Of a stretch of 64,000 nt of DNA, positions 39,626 to 52,124 are shown piece after piece (positions within the stretch are counted from its first letter, which is position 1; every line of letters begins with the position of its first letter). The stretch is from an uncultured Chloroflexia bacterium (GTDB lineage Bacteria > Chloroflexota > Anaerolineae > JAAYZQ01), in the NCBI GenBank assembly GCA_963700285.1, contig CAVOXA010000001.1, positions 1,568,001 through 1,632,000 on the forward strand. The letters are read 5' to 3'. A model generated the notes under the pieces. It saw only the letters and a program-made list of their open reading frames with translations, searched no databases and was not told where the DNA came from. Position numbers and translations under genes: made by a program.

Positions 39626-40897
39626 CTACTTGTGCAGGTTCTGGGCGGCGATGAAGGACAGACCCTTCTCGGTCAGCGCCCGAGCGGTACGATTCACGGC
39701 GTCGTGCTTGTCCAGGTAGTTTCGCTCGCAGGGCGTCCCAGTCGCCCGATTCCAGGATCTTCAGCTTTGTCGCGGAAGTAGTCCAGGATGTCGGATGGGT
39801 GGTCGCGGGTCTGGTCCAACTCTGGGGCGCCGCCCTCGTGCTTGGCCGAGATATTGGGCACGCGGGCGGCCAGCTCGACCAGTTCATCGGTGCGGTCGTA
39901 GGGCTGTCGGACGATGTGCTTATAGGTCTCGGTGATGTGGTGCTCAAAGCGGACGATATCCTCCAGATTCGAGCGCTTTCCGTACCTGGGCAGTGAGTTC
40001 GATGGTCTCGTTGTTGACCGAGTTGCTCCAGTTGAAGCCGATCAGAGAGGTCGTTCCATCGTCACGCCCAAAGAGCTTTGCGCCGATGAGGGTCCACAAC
40101 GCTGCGTAGGGATTGTCATTGCCCATAAAGACCGAGATCTTGAACTCGATATCCACTCCCAGCTTGTGGAGGAAATAGCCCAGGAGCACGGTGCCGGGAT
40201 TGATGTTGAGTACCTGTTTGATGCCATAGTTGGTATAGTAGTACAGGAACTCGTCGAGCCACTTGAGCGCGTGGTCGTTGGGCTGGCCGACTCCCCCAAA
40301 GTAGCCTGTGATCGTCTCTGGCCCGCCCAGGTGAATGTTGGAGCCATCGGTACCCTTGGTATCCAGGGTTTCGACATAACTTGCGCCCACGATCTGCATG
40401 GCAGCAGCCACGGCCAGAATATCGCCCTGGTCTGCCTCCTGTTCCTTCATCTTGCGGACGCGGATAAAGCGACCTGGCATCAGTTCGCCGTTGGCAATGG
40501 CCTGACTGGCCTCGGTGATGAGAAAGGGAAAGTACTGCAGGGCGCTGATCTCGAGGGTGACGGCAAAGTCATCCGCGAAATCCATGGTGCTGGCCCTGGC
40601 GCCCAGGACTTTGTGGCGATAGTCGGCCACGGAGATAAAAGCGCCAGCGTCGCGCTGTTCCATCAGCCATTCCAGGTCAGCCAGATAGGGAGAGCCTGTC
40701 CGTTCCAGGCGGCCGAGCAAGCGGGGCAACTGGCGCGCCTCGTCGGCCTTTTGATTGATCTCATCCACGCTGCCATACCTGGCCACGACGGCCAGAAAAT
40801 CGCTGATGACCTGGGTATTGGGATCCAGCAGCAGGGAGTTGATCTCTTCGAGGCTGTTCGAAGAGATTCTCAGTCGGTTGCGGAGATCACTTTCCAT
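39626..40897 (-). CDS. Hypothetical ~420-aa soluble protein (3' indels)
   Basis: GGAGGAGG RBS; 317-aa ORF continuing as EHHITETYKHIVRQPY...KHEGG...SDILDYF...NLHK-stop in shifted frames. Confidence 0.75.
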
Positions 40898-41035
40898 AAG
40901 TCCCTCCTCCTATGTCTTTTGGCAAGGGTTCGCCGTCAAGGACCCGGATGGGTCAAGGCGTCCATTATAGCATGGAACGTGGTGACTGTCATCTTTTGCG
41001 ATGTGGGCTGAAGCCAACAATGTGGAGGCAAAGCA

Positions 41036-41062
41036 AGACTCCCACCATTACGGTGGGAGTCT
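41036..41062 (-). terminator. Hairpin terminator after the tRNA cluster
   Basis: AGACTCCCACC ATTAC GGTGGGAGTCT perfect stem. Confidence 0.75.
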
Positions 41063-41071
41063 GTGACCTTT

Positions 41072-41148
41072 TGGTACCCTCGGCGCGATTCGAACGCGCG
41101 GCCTTCTCCTCCGCAGGGAGACGCTCTAATCCGCTGAGCTACGAGGGC
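41072..41148 (-). tRNA. tRNA-Arg (anticodon GCG)
   Basis: GCCCTCGTAGCTCAGCGGATTAGAGCG TCTCC-CT-GCG-GA-GGAGA ...GTTCGAATC...GAGGGTACCA. Confidence 0.95.
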
Positions 41149-41155
41149 ATGTAGG

Positions 41156-41245
41156 CGGGGAGGCAGGGATTCGAACCCTGGGAGGAGCTATTAACCCCTC
41201 AACCACTTAGCAGGCGGCCCCAATCGTCCACTCCGGCACCTCCCC
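41156..41245 (-). tRNA. tRNA-Ser (anticodon GCT); CCA not fully encoded
   Basis: GGGGAGG acceptor stem, GCCGC-CT-GCT-AA-GTGGT, long variable arm, GGTTCGAATCC. Confidence 0.93.
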
Positions 41246-41321
41246 CCTGTTTCTTTTCCGGCCTTGGCCTCTGGACCTTCGACCTTCACTCAGGATGAAC
41301 CATCGAAAACCCAGAGTTGAT

Positions 41322-41411
<90 letters not shown>

Positions 41412-41453
41412 GTGACGAGGCGGCCGGACTCCCTCTCCGGCGCTCACGGAGCC

Positions 41454-41482
41454 AGTATAGCAGAGAGCCCCCCATTTGTCAA
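41454..41482 (-). promoter_or_regulatory. sigma70 promoter of the tRNA cluster
   Basis: TTGACA-N17-TATACT with TG extension. Confidence 0.75.
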
Positions 41483-41493
41483 AAGCGAGGAGC

Positions 41494-41564
41494 AGTCAGC
41501 CTTCAGCTATCAGCGGTCAGTACAGGGTACCCTGGCGGAGCGCAGTAGGCTGATCGCTGACTGC
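41494..41564. repeat. Inverted NNTCAGC/GCTGANN heptamer arrays downstream of serS
   Basis: AGTCAGC CTTCAGC TATCAGC GGTCAGT ... GCTGATC GCTGACT. Confidence 0.7.
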
Positions 41565-41577
41565 GGGTAGCGGATAC

Positions 41578-42846
<1,269 letters not shown>

Positions 42847-42865
42847 TTGGTGCCTCCATAGGAGC

Positions 42866-43051
42866 GGTTAGCTTTCAGCGATCAGTATTCAGGGGCTGCC
42901 TCGCAGCCTCTTGGTGAGGGATGCGAGCATACGTTTTACCGGTGACTCTTCTCCCAAACCTGCAGATTCCGAAAGTCTTTCAACCGGCCTCTCTCCTCCT
43001 TGTACCCCCGCTCCTAGCTTACCGCTGACTGCTGAGTGCTGAAAGCTCACA
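42866..43051. repeat. Inverted heptamer arrays in the serS leader
   Basis: GGTTAGC TTTCAGC GATCAGT ATTCAGG (42866-42893) versus GCTTACC GCTGACT GCTGAGT GCTGAAA GCTCACA (43017-43051). Confidence 0.7.
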
Positions 43052-43325
43052 AACAAACGCCCCCGCGAAAGGACGTAGGGGCGCTGCTACGTGGTGCCAC
43101 CTTTCTTTGCCACCGGTTGTATCGAGCGACACAACAGACAGCCTCAAGGCTCTGCAACGGGAGCACCCGGCCCGGATCAGTCGCAGTGAGAGGTCAGAGG
43201 ACCTTTTTCCACGTTCTGTGGGCGGCTCGGGAGGGGATTCTAGCCATTGTGGCTACTGCCTTTCCACCGCCGGCAGCTCTCTGAAAGCTCGTGATGGCTT
43301 ACTCGTCTCCGTCAATGCCCAAGAG
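43050..43325 (-). promoter_or_regulatory. T-box riboswitch (Ser specifier UCC) with terminator
   Basis: AGTA, AGAGA and GGTGGAA stem I motifs; GAA-TCC specifier at 43235-43237; T-box AAAGGTGGCACCACG at 43090-43104; GCGCCCC...GGGGCGTTTGTTTG terminator. Confidence 0.9.
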
Positions 43326-43340
43326 TTCAACTGTAGAGAA

Positions 43341-43369
43341 ATTATAGCATAGGGGCCTTGTCCTGTCAA
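43341..43369 (-). promoter_or_regulatory. Consensus sigma70 promoter for the serS leader
   Basis: TTGACA-N17-TATAAT with TG extension. Confidence 0.85.
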
Positions 43370-43377
43370 CCTGAGGC

Positions 43378-43406
43378 TTGCTTTCCAGTCCCAACTTTGG
43401 TATACT
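43378..43406 (+). promoter_or_regulatory. Divergent promoter for the large lipoprotein
   Basis: TTGCTT-N17-TATACT with TG extension. Confidence 0.55.
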
Positions 43407-43462
43407 GAAACCAGGCATCAGGACTCGATCTCCAACCACTATCCGTATGCTGGAGGCGGAAC

Positions 43463-46317
43463 GTGTGTAGGCAAAACGGGCACCATGCAGGTAGTCGGCC
43501 GTCGTGGTCGGGGATAGCCATCCTCTCGTGGCTTACTCTGAGCGTCCTGGCCTTGGTCTGGCTCATCGCTGCCTGTACCCCCGCACCTACGCCCGGGCAG
43601 TCGCCAGCGAGAACTGACTGAGGCACCCATGCCGGAGCCAGCTGCCTCAGCGACTGATTCCGGCACCCTGTCTGAGAGGGTCACCGTCCCCGTTGAGGCC
43701 GAATTGAGGGCCACGGTCATGGCAAGCCTGCCGCCTACGCCAACACCTGATGCCCCGGGAGGCGTGCCATGGAGCGAGGTGGATGTCGGAGTGCTTCCTC
43801 TGTCAGGCGGTGAGGGCGATCCTCCACTGTGGGCAGTGTTCACGCAGGGCAGGCGTACCTATGACCCGGATCAGGGGCATTTCGTGGCCGTCTACACCCA
43901 CGATGGACAAGATTGGCAGGAACTCGACCGCGTGGTGCTGACATCGTGCGCCGAGTATGTCGGATCCGAGTCCCTCGCGCAGGTCAAGTTTGAACCGAGC
44001 CGTACCTGGCTGGAGCTGCAGAGCGGCGCGGGGGCCCACGGTGGCTGCTACGATCTACTGAGTTTCGACGGTGAGAGTTTGCGCTTCGAGGCATCCAACT
44101 CGCACTCGAGCCCTGGAGCAGGCTGGGTGGAAGATCTGGATGGCGACGGGAGCCCGGAAGTTGTTCTGGATCTGACAGAGACCTATGTCTTTTGTTATGC
44201 TTGTGGTCTGCGCTACCCGCGCTTCAGCGTACTCCGCTGGGATGGGGAGCGACTGGCTGAGGTCCAGCTATCGGCCCTGCCCCAGGCTGCACCCACGGAG
44301 CTCCGGAGCCTAAACATCCGGGCCGTGGAGCTGGCCCAAGCTGGGCTTTGGAAGGATGCCCAGGAAGTGATTGGCCAAGCTCTGACAGCAGACGTACAGG
44401 ATCCGATCGCTGAGGCAACTGTAGCATGGAACGGCGCGCTGATCGGTTTGCACGCCAAGGCTCTGGCCGATCAGGTGGGTGGGGGCGTCTATCCTCTGCT
44501 TGAGAACGCTTTCTATGGGGACTATGACGCCGCAGTAGGCGCCATGCGCCGTTATAGTGTGGAGGAGATCTGGGGGCCGGAGACGCCCCTGGTGGTTGGC
44601 ACAGCGGCTGAAGGTTGGGAGTTCGAGCTGAGTACCTGGATCTCGCAGGCCACCAATCTGGCCCTGCGCGCGCAGCCGGATTTGGCTCCGGCCCTGTTCC
44701 TGCGCGGCTGGGGCGCTCACCTCAGGACCCCGGGCGACGCAAAGGCCGTGGCCGATGTGGAACGCGCCGCAGAGCTGGCCCCCAACGATCCACTGTTTGC
44801 CCAAAGCGCCGCCTATCTGCAGGTGCCGATTTCTGTCGCCCCCCCGCCGCAGCCAATCGCCTACCGGCCGCTGCCCGCCGAAGCGTGCTATGAGTTGGGG
44901 CAGGCTTTGATGCAGACGCTGGGTATGACCGTTACGCAGGCGGAAGTACCGGTTGAGGATACTTTTCCTGGAATGGTTGGTACTGGCTGCCGTTCCACGG
45001 CCAAAGGTACCGGTGTCGACTTGAGGGCGCTGATCTCAGTTTCTGCCGACATAAAGTCTCTGCTGGAGGAGAGGGGCTGGGACGAAGATCCAATGTACGC
45101 TGCCGACGGCCCTACTGGTACTGCTGCCGGCTTCCAACAAAGGGGCGACATTTGCTTCCTGTCGGTCGACTGGTCACCGTCCGACGCAGCAGACTGTCCC
45201 CCCGACCGGCCGATCTCAGCGTGTGATCTGGCCCCAGAGCAGTGGCTTCGCACTATCATCCTGACCTGTGCCACGCAAGGAGGCGCCGCCGGGCGGCCTA
45301 CCCCTACGGTAATGCCGAGCGAGACATCCGTACCCACACCTGTGCCGACATCCGTCGTACCCATGCCCGTCCCGACATCCGTACCCACACCCGTACCCGC
45401 AGCCGAGGAGGCGTGGCAGGTGCGCAGTTTGCTAGCTGGACCCGGCGAGCCGGGTCGGCTGTACGCGCTGCAGGTGGACGAGTCATCGGGCGCTTGGCCG
45501 GCAACCCGCGCTCGCCTGCTCATCAGCGATGACTATGGGCAGAACTGGATCCCTTTCGCTGGTGGTCTTCCGGCCGAGGAGTGTGTGCTCAACGTTAACT
45601 TGGATTACGCTGCGCAGCCCCAGCGTGGTGAAGCGGATGCGCTCTATGCCAGCACCTGCCACGGGCTTTTCCGCTGGACCGAGAGCGCGTGGGTGCCGGT
45701 CTCACCTCAGGAGACGGGGATGGTGGCCATCGTCTATGGCCGGCCGGAGGTCATCTGGGCGACCCAAGCCTTCGCCGATGGTGGCGGCGTAATTCGTAGT
45801 GACGACGGTGGCGGTGTCTGGATCCCGGCGGGCAGCGGCCTGATCAGTTTCAACGGGGTCGCGAACCTGGGCATCGACCCGCGCGACGCCAATTCTCTGT
45901 ACGCCATCATCTGGCCCAAATATGCCGGCAGCTACCTGCGTAGGGGTACGGCCGACGGGCGAGTGGAAGACAATGCCCACGCCAAAGAACAACAGCGTCA
46001 TCGATACCGGTATGACGATGGATGGCGCCACCGGGGCGCTGTATGTGGTCGTGACCGCACCCGGTGCCCAGCTCTGGCGCACACTCAACCCCGGCGCACC
46101 CGATGTCAACGACGTTCGCTGGGAGCTGGTGCACGATTTTGGCCGGGACAAACAGGTGGAGCTCCTGGCCTCGGGCTGGAGCCCCGATGGCCTGGCGCTG
46201 TATGCCAACCTGCGGCCCTTGGACTGGAAGGACGAGAACCTGGCAAAAGTGGGCCATCCAGTGCTTTACCGCTCGCTGGACGGTGGAGAGACCTGGTCGT
46301 CACTTCCGATTCCGTAG
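43463..46317 (+). CDS. Large multidomain lipoprotein (DxDGDG loop, TPR-like region, Cys-rich domain, PT linker, BNR/Asp-box propeller); indels; start approximate
   Basis: Lipobox LIAAC near 43575; DLDGDGSPE; SDDYGQNW, RSDDGGGVW and RSLDGGETW Asp-boxes; PTPVPTS repeats. Confidence 0.72.
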
Positions 46318-46431
46318 CCCGCCCAGGCCAGGCCTGCGTAGGTTCAGCCCAAGCGAGAGCCACGGCCATCGTTCGTGTTGTACGAACAAACTACCTCTCC
46401 TTTGTTCGGGGGAGGCTTGGGAGGAAGAATC

Positions 46432-47058
46432 ATGGACCGAGTTGATCAGATGTACGAGGCGATCAAGCAAAAGATCCTCGACCTGGAAGTGGATCCGACC
46501 CAGCCCATCGACGAAACGGTACTGGTGCGGGAGACCGGCGGCAGCCTGACCCTGGTGCGCCAGGCGCTGGATCGCCTGGAACAGGAGGGCTTGGTCGTCA
46601 AACAGCGAAGGCGCTGGCACGTAGCCCGGGCGGCCACTGCCTCCATCATGATGGAGATCTTTGAGGTGCGCACCACGCTGGAAGGCATGTGCGCCCGCCT
46701 GGCTGCCGAGCGGATCACGGCGGAGCAGATCGAGCGCATGGAGAAGATCCATCGTGACTTTGAGCGTGTTCTTCATCAAGGGGACAACGAGGCGCTCCTG
46801 GCGGTCGATCAAAAGTTCCACCAACTGCTCTACGAGGCGTCGGGCAATCGATTCCTGGCACGGGCGTTGGATGAGATGTACACGCTGATCTACCGCCTCT
46901 TCTTCTTTGCTCTGGATCGTATGGGCAGCGTGCGTGCCAACGTGGAGGAGCACCACGACATTCTGGAGGCAGTCAAGGCCGGGGACGGGCGTACCGCCGA
47001 GCGGCTGATCCAGCAGCACATCATCCACTTCCAGCGAATGGTGGAAGAGCTGCTGTAG
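46432..47058 (+). CDS. GntR/FadR-family regulator
   Basis: N-terminal wHTH VRQALDRLEQEGLV; FCD domain DQKFH...SGNRFL...EHHDIL. Confidence 0.9.
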   Translation: MDRVDQMYEAIKQKILDLEVDPTQPIDETVLVRETGGSLTLVRQALDRLEQEGLVVKQRRRWHVARAATASIMMEIFEVRTTLEGMCARLAAERITAEQIERMEKIHRDFERVLHQGDNEALLAVDQKFHQLLYEASGNRFLARALDEMYTLIYRLFFFALDRMGSVRANVEEHHDILEAVKAGDGRTAERLIQQHIIHFQRMVEELL

Positions 47059-47080
47059 CCGGCGAGGCATAGCCGGACCT

Positions 47081-47156
47081 CACCTCGGTGGCACAGAGAC
47101 GCCGAGAAACAGTAGGTTTTGTCTGGAGATCCTCTGTGTTCTTTGTCTCTGTGGTT
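47081..47156. repeat. Second CACAGAGA-type palindromic element between convergent genes
   Basis: CACAGAGAC (47092-47100) pairs with GTCTCTGTG (47145-47153). Confidence 0.6.
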
Positions 47157-47181
47157 CTGTGATTGCCTGCTCAGTGTGCTG

Positions 47182-47880
47182 CTAGTTGCGCAGTAGGCTG
47201 AGGATCAGGACCGCGGCCGCCGGGATGGTCAGGTTGTCGATGCCCCAGGGCGACAGCGCTTCGACCAGGGTGCACACCAGGGCCACCGCCGCGCCATAGA
47301 TGAGGGCCAGCAGCCAGTTGATGGGCGGCTTGCCCGCGAGATAGGGCATGACGAACAGCGCCAGGGAGGTGGTGATCCAGCTCCAGAAGAGCATGGCCAC
47401 CGAGCCCTCCAGCGAGCGGGTCCGCCCGGCGATGGTGTAGCGGTAGTGCCCGTAGCGCTGGCCAATGATGGCCGCCATGGCATCGCCCCAGGTCAGCGGC
47501 ATCATGCTGGCAACCATCAGCACCGGCTGGCTCCAGAAGAAGTAGATCAGGGCGCCGAAAGGCGATGGGAAAGTAGATGGTGCCCAGGTTGCCCCTGTCC
47601 TCCGCTCTCCATGGCCTTGAAGGTGCCCCGCAGGTAGGAGATGGCGTTGATCGACGACAAAGGTCGCCGGTGGGATGAGGGCCAGGTACCAGGTCTCAAA
47701 GAGCAGCACGGTGCCCACGACCCACATGCCAACGCCGATGTGGATGAACTTGCGGGTGAAATCGGGCGGGCGGTTGCCGAGCGCGGCGCAGGAACTCCCC
47801 CAGGGCGATGACGCCAAATACATAGACATAGGAAAGGACCAGGGCGGTGTAGTCGGGCTTCCATGTAATGGCAAGGTCAT
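47182..47880 (-). CDS. Phytol/dolichol kinase-like CTP-dependent polyprenol kinase (indels)
   Basis: TRKFIHIG, WGDAMAAIIG, RSLEGS and GIDNLTIP. Confidence 0.8.
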   Translation of the reverse strand: MTLPLHGSPTTPPWSFPMSMYLASSPWGSSCAALGNRPPDFTRKFIHIGVGMWVVGTVLLFETWYLALIPPATFVVDQRHLLPAGHLQGHGERRTGATWAPSTFPSPFGALIYFFWSQPVLMVASMMPLTWGDAMAAIIGQRYGHYRYTIAGRTRSLEGSVAMLFWSWITTSLALFVMPYLAGKPPINWLLALIYGAAVALVCTLVEALSPWGIDNLTIPAAAVLILSLLRN

Positions 47881-48826
47881 CGGGCGGATCTCCCTTCGGC
47901 TGTATGCGGATCAGGGGATTGGCTGTTCAAGGCGACGGCGATCTGGGCAGCCACGGCGGCGTTGTTTTCCAGCAGGGCGACGTTGGCTTTGAGGCTGGCC
48001 CCACCGGTCTTGCTGGGCGATCCAGCTGAGCAGGAAGGGGGTGATGCGCTGCCCTCGATGCCCCGCGCCTGGGCCTCGGCCAGGGCGGCGGCGATGGCGG
48101 CTTCCAGCTGCTCGGCCGGCATCTCGTCGCCGGCCGGCACGGGCACGGCGATCAGCAGTCCCGCCGGACAGTCCCATCTGGCGGCTGGCCCGGATGATGG
48201 CGGCTGCCTCCTCGGGAGTGTCCACCCGTACGTCCACCGGCAGGCCGCTGCTGCCGGGTGTAAAAGGCCGGAAACTCGTCGGTGCCATAGCCGATGACGG
48301 GCACGCCGGCGGTCTCCAGCCATTCCAGGGTGGCTCGCAGGTCGAGGATCGATTTGGCGCCGGCGCAGACGACGGCCACGGGCACCGAGGCCAGGGTGGG
48401 CAGGTCGTTGGAGACGTCAAAGGGCGGGTCGCGGTGCACGCCGCCGATGCCGCCCGTGGCAAAGACCTCGATGCCGGCCCAGGCGGCGATGGTGACCGTC
48501 GCCGCGACCGTGGTGGCGCCGTCCTCGCCTCGGGCGACGACGACCGGCAGGTCGCGGCGGCTCACCTTGCGGATGCCCTCGGCGCGGTGGCCAGATGCTC
48601 CAGCTCGTCGTCGCTCAGGCCGACGCGCAGCTGCCCGTCGAGCACGGCGATGGTGGCCGGCACGGCGCCATGCTCGCGGACGATGGCCTCCATCTGCCGC
48701 GCGGTCTCCAGGTTGGTGGGGTAGGGCAGCCCGTGGGCAATGACGGTGGATTCCAGGGCGACGACGCGGCCGGCTGCCCTCCAGCGCTTGTTGTACTTCA
48801 TGGCTCAGCCGTAGTGGTTGTCTCAC
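47877..48826 (-). CDS. psuG: Pseudouridine-5'-phosphate glycosidase (indels)
   Basis: [52 protein letters not shown] and NVALLENNA. Confidence 0.9.
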
Positions 48827-48867
48827 TTCGATAGCCCTGCTACGCCTGTGATGTCCCGCATGGGCGT

Positions 48868-49801
48868 CTAGATGACCAACTGGTCGTAGAGCCGCTCCAG
48901 GCTCAGGTCCGGGCAGACGGTTTCGCGGCTCTGCAGGGTGAGGGCCGCCGCCGAGGCGCCCAGCCGCACCGCCTCGTCCACGGGAAAGTCGTTGAGCAGG
49001 CCAAAGACGACGGCGGCCGTCAGGGCGTCGCCGGCGCCGGTGAGGTCCACGACCTCGCACCTCGATGGCCGGCACGTGGCCGCTTTCCTGCGAGGTGGCA
49101 TAGACCAGGCCGGTGGCGCCCAGGGTCACGATGGCGATCTTGACGCCCAGGCCACCAGCTTTTGCGCGGCGACCAGGGCGCTTTCCCGGTCGGTGACCTG
49201 CACGCCGCACAGGGCCTTCGGCTTCGGCGGCGTTGGGCGCCACCAGGGTGAGGTCCGGCAGGTAGGGGCACAGGCGCGGGGCCAGGGTGGCGGTGGTCGG
49301 GTCGGCGCAGACCGGCACACCGTACCGGCGCGCCAGGCTAAAGATGGTGCTGCAGCGTCTGCGGCTGACAGGTTGGCGTCCAGGACGATCATCCGCGCGT
49401 CGCGAAAGAGGGCGCGGCGCCGGTAGATAAAGTCCGGCGTGATCAGCTCGCGGTTGATGCTCATGTCGTCGATGGACATGACCAGGTCGCCCGTGTCGTC
49501 CAGGACGGCCAGGTAGGCAGCGGTGCGGTGGTCGGCGTCCACCAGGACGTGGCTGATGTCGATGCCGCACTCGGCGGCCTGCTGCAGGATGCGCCGCCCG
49601 GAGCCGTCGTCGCCCACGGCGGAGAGCAGGACGACCCGCTCGCCCAGGCGGGCCAGGTTCTCGGCGATGTTGCGGCCCACGCCGCCGACGCTGACGCGGA
49701 TGGCGCCCGGCGTGGAGGTGCCGGTCTGGATTGGCTTTGCCGGCGCGACCTTTGGTGTCGATGCTGGCCGCGCCGATGACTAGGATATGGCCTGTGCTCA
49801 T
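48868..49801 (-). CDS. psuK: PfkB-family kinase, probable pseudouridine kinase (indels)
   Basis: [21 protein letters not shown] and DLTGAGDA; adjacent to psuG. Confidence 0.82.
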
Positions 49802-50063
49802 GGATGTCCCCCAAAAGAGGTTCTCTACCCTAAGCTTGATCGAGCACCAGTGGCCGGAGCCACTCGTGACAGTCGTCGCCGGCGACCCTCTCCGACCAGG
49901 AAACCTCCCGGCCTATGAGGGTCCTTCTCATGCCCGGCCTGCGTGGGCGTCCGGCGGTTCGTGGATGAGATACCCATACTATAGCACAAGTTTCCACGCT
50001 GGCAAATCACTGGGCTTTGCCTTGAAATCTGACCAGCGCGGGGTCCTTGAGATAGGCGTGGCA

Positions 50064-51824
50064 TCACGCCACATGAAAATCCCGCAGAATCGACCCGCCC
50101 ACAAACTCCCGCAGGATCGAGTTGTCCGGCACCAGGTCCGGCGCCAGGGGCTCGAACCACTCCAGGAAGGCCAGCAGCCGCTTGGCCTCGACATAGGCCC
50201 GGGTGCCGGGCTTGACCTGCAGCAGCAGCGGCTCGGCCAAGGGCTTGAGCACCGCCAGCTCGTAGACCAGCGCCGAGTTGAACATCACGTCGGCGTGTTC
50301 CTGGTAGGGAAAGATCCAGCGCTTTTCGCCGCGGCGCACGCTCTCCCAGCGGTCGATGGTCTGCCTGGGCCGAGTAGCCCCGGTAGGCGGCGTCGCGCAC
50401 GATGCGACGGATCAGGCGCGTGTCGGTCGTCGGCACCCGGTTGTGCTTGTCGATGTTGAGCTGCGTCAGCGCCGAGACATAGATGCGATAGGTGACACTC
50501 CGGCGGGATGTCGGGCACCAGGTCGGGGTTCAGCCCGTGGATGCCCTCGACGATGATGATGTGGTCGGGCTGGAGCTGCACCGTCTCGCCGACCTCGCGC
50601 CGCCCGGTCTGAAAGTTGTAGTGGGGCAGCGTCACCTCCTGCCCGTCGAGCAGGCGCAGCAGGTGCTCGTTGAACAGCGCCACGTCCAGCGCGCCCAGCG
50701 ACTCAAAGTCGTATTCGCCCTGCTCGTCGCGGGGTGTCTTGCTCTCGATCGACAAAATAGTTGTCCAGTTCCAGGGCAAAGGGACGCAGGCCGTTGGCCA
50801 GCAGTTGGATGCTCAGCCGCTTGGAAAAGGTGGTCTTGCCCGACGACGATGGCCCGGCGATGAGCACCAGGCGGACTCTGGCCTTGCCTGCGCTGCGATC
50901 TCCTCGGCGATGCGGGCGACCCGCTGCTCGTGCAGCGCCTCGGCGACCAGGACCACCTCGCGGACCCGCTCGCCGGCGATGGCCTCGTTCAGGCAGCCCA
51001 CGTCGCGGACGCCCATCAGCTCCATCCACTCGCCGTACTCGCGAAAGACGCTGACCAGCTTGGGATAGTCCACGACGGGCTGGAGCTGCATCGGCGGGTC
51101 GCTGCGCGGGAAGCGCAGGATAAAGCCCGGGCGGATAAGTCTTGCAGGGCAAAGACGCGTCAGGTAGCCGGTCGAGGGCACCATGTAGCCGTGAAAATAG
51201 TCGCGGAAGCCCCGCAGCTCGTAGAGGGTCAGGTAGTCCTTGCGCCGGCGGTTCAGCAGCCGCACCTTGTCGTCGTCGCCCCTGGCCTGGAACAGGGCGA
51301 TGGCGTCGTTCAGGGGCACGCGCGCCTTGCGGATCGGCTCGTCGGCCTCCACGATCTCGCGCATCCTGGCCTCGATCCGGGCCAGCTCCTCGGCGCTGAA
51401 CGGCTCGCGGCCCTGGACCTGGCAAAAGTAGCCGCCAAAGGTCAGCGAGTGGTCGACATAGACGGTGGCCTCCGGGAACAGCTCGTGGACGGCCGTCACC
51501 AGCAGGAAGGCCAGCGAGCGGCGGTAGATGCGAAAGCCATCGCTGTCGGCCATGGTGATGGGCGTCACTTCGACGTCGCTCTCGACGCGGTAGGTCAGCT
51601 CGCGCAGCTCGTTGTCGATCAGGGCCGCGACCGTCGGGCGCCTGTGGATCCGGACCGGCAGCGCGGATGAACTCCTCCAGCGGTGTGCCGACGGGCCCTT
51701 CGAATACGCGCCCGTCGTCGAACCAGACCTGGGCGGTGTCGCGCGGTTGTGCGGGATGGATGTTGGAGTCTTGAGGGCCAGGAGTCTGGATCCGGGCTTG
51801 CTCGCCCTCTGCTTCTTTGTTCAT
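50064..51824 (-). CDS. Uridine/nucleoside kinase with ThrRS-N-terminal-like region (indels)
   Basis: IYRRSL..LL, DYFHGYMVPSTGYL, IAGPSSSGKTTF, EGIHGLN, RLIRRIVRD and FNSALVYEL. Confidence 0.85.
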
Positions 51825-52093
51825 GGTATACCTTTATTGCCTCCAAGCCAGCGGGCCAGGACCAGAAAGAGAAAGGCGCCGACGGTGGCTTCGACGATGT
51901 GTACCTGGCCCGATGGTCCATGGGACGAGGTCCAGACTTCTCGCCCACCAGGTGGCCGCCGGCAAAGCCCAGTACCGCGGCCAGCCAGAAGAACAGACAG
52001 GTCGCGCAGCCGCCGGCCCTGCCACAGGTGAAAGGCGGCGGCATAGACCGAAGCCAGGAGCAACGAGAGGACCAGGCTCGGTTCTTGAATCAT
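51821..52093 (-). CDS. Small membrane protein (indels; end approximate)
   Basis: GAGGAGG RBS; MIQEPSLVLSLLLASVYAAAFHLW plus further hydrophobic segments. Confidence 0.6.
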   Translation of the reverse strand: MIQEPSLVLSLLLASVYAAAFHLWQGRRLRDLSVLLAGRGTGLCRRPPGGREVWTSSHGPSGQVHIVEATVGAFLFLVLARWLGGNKGIP

Positions 52094-52124
52094 GCTGCCC
52101 TCCTCGCCTACCCGCAATCCACTC

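Noticed and set aside
45295-45400. Tandem ACATCCGTACCCACACC repeats
   Set aside because: They encode an ordinary Pro/Thr/Val linker.
48152-49801. 549-aa PsuK-PsuG fusion in the ORF track
   Set aside because: Most of that ORF is off-frame through indels; the kinase has its own stop at 48868 and psuG starts separately.
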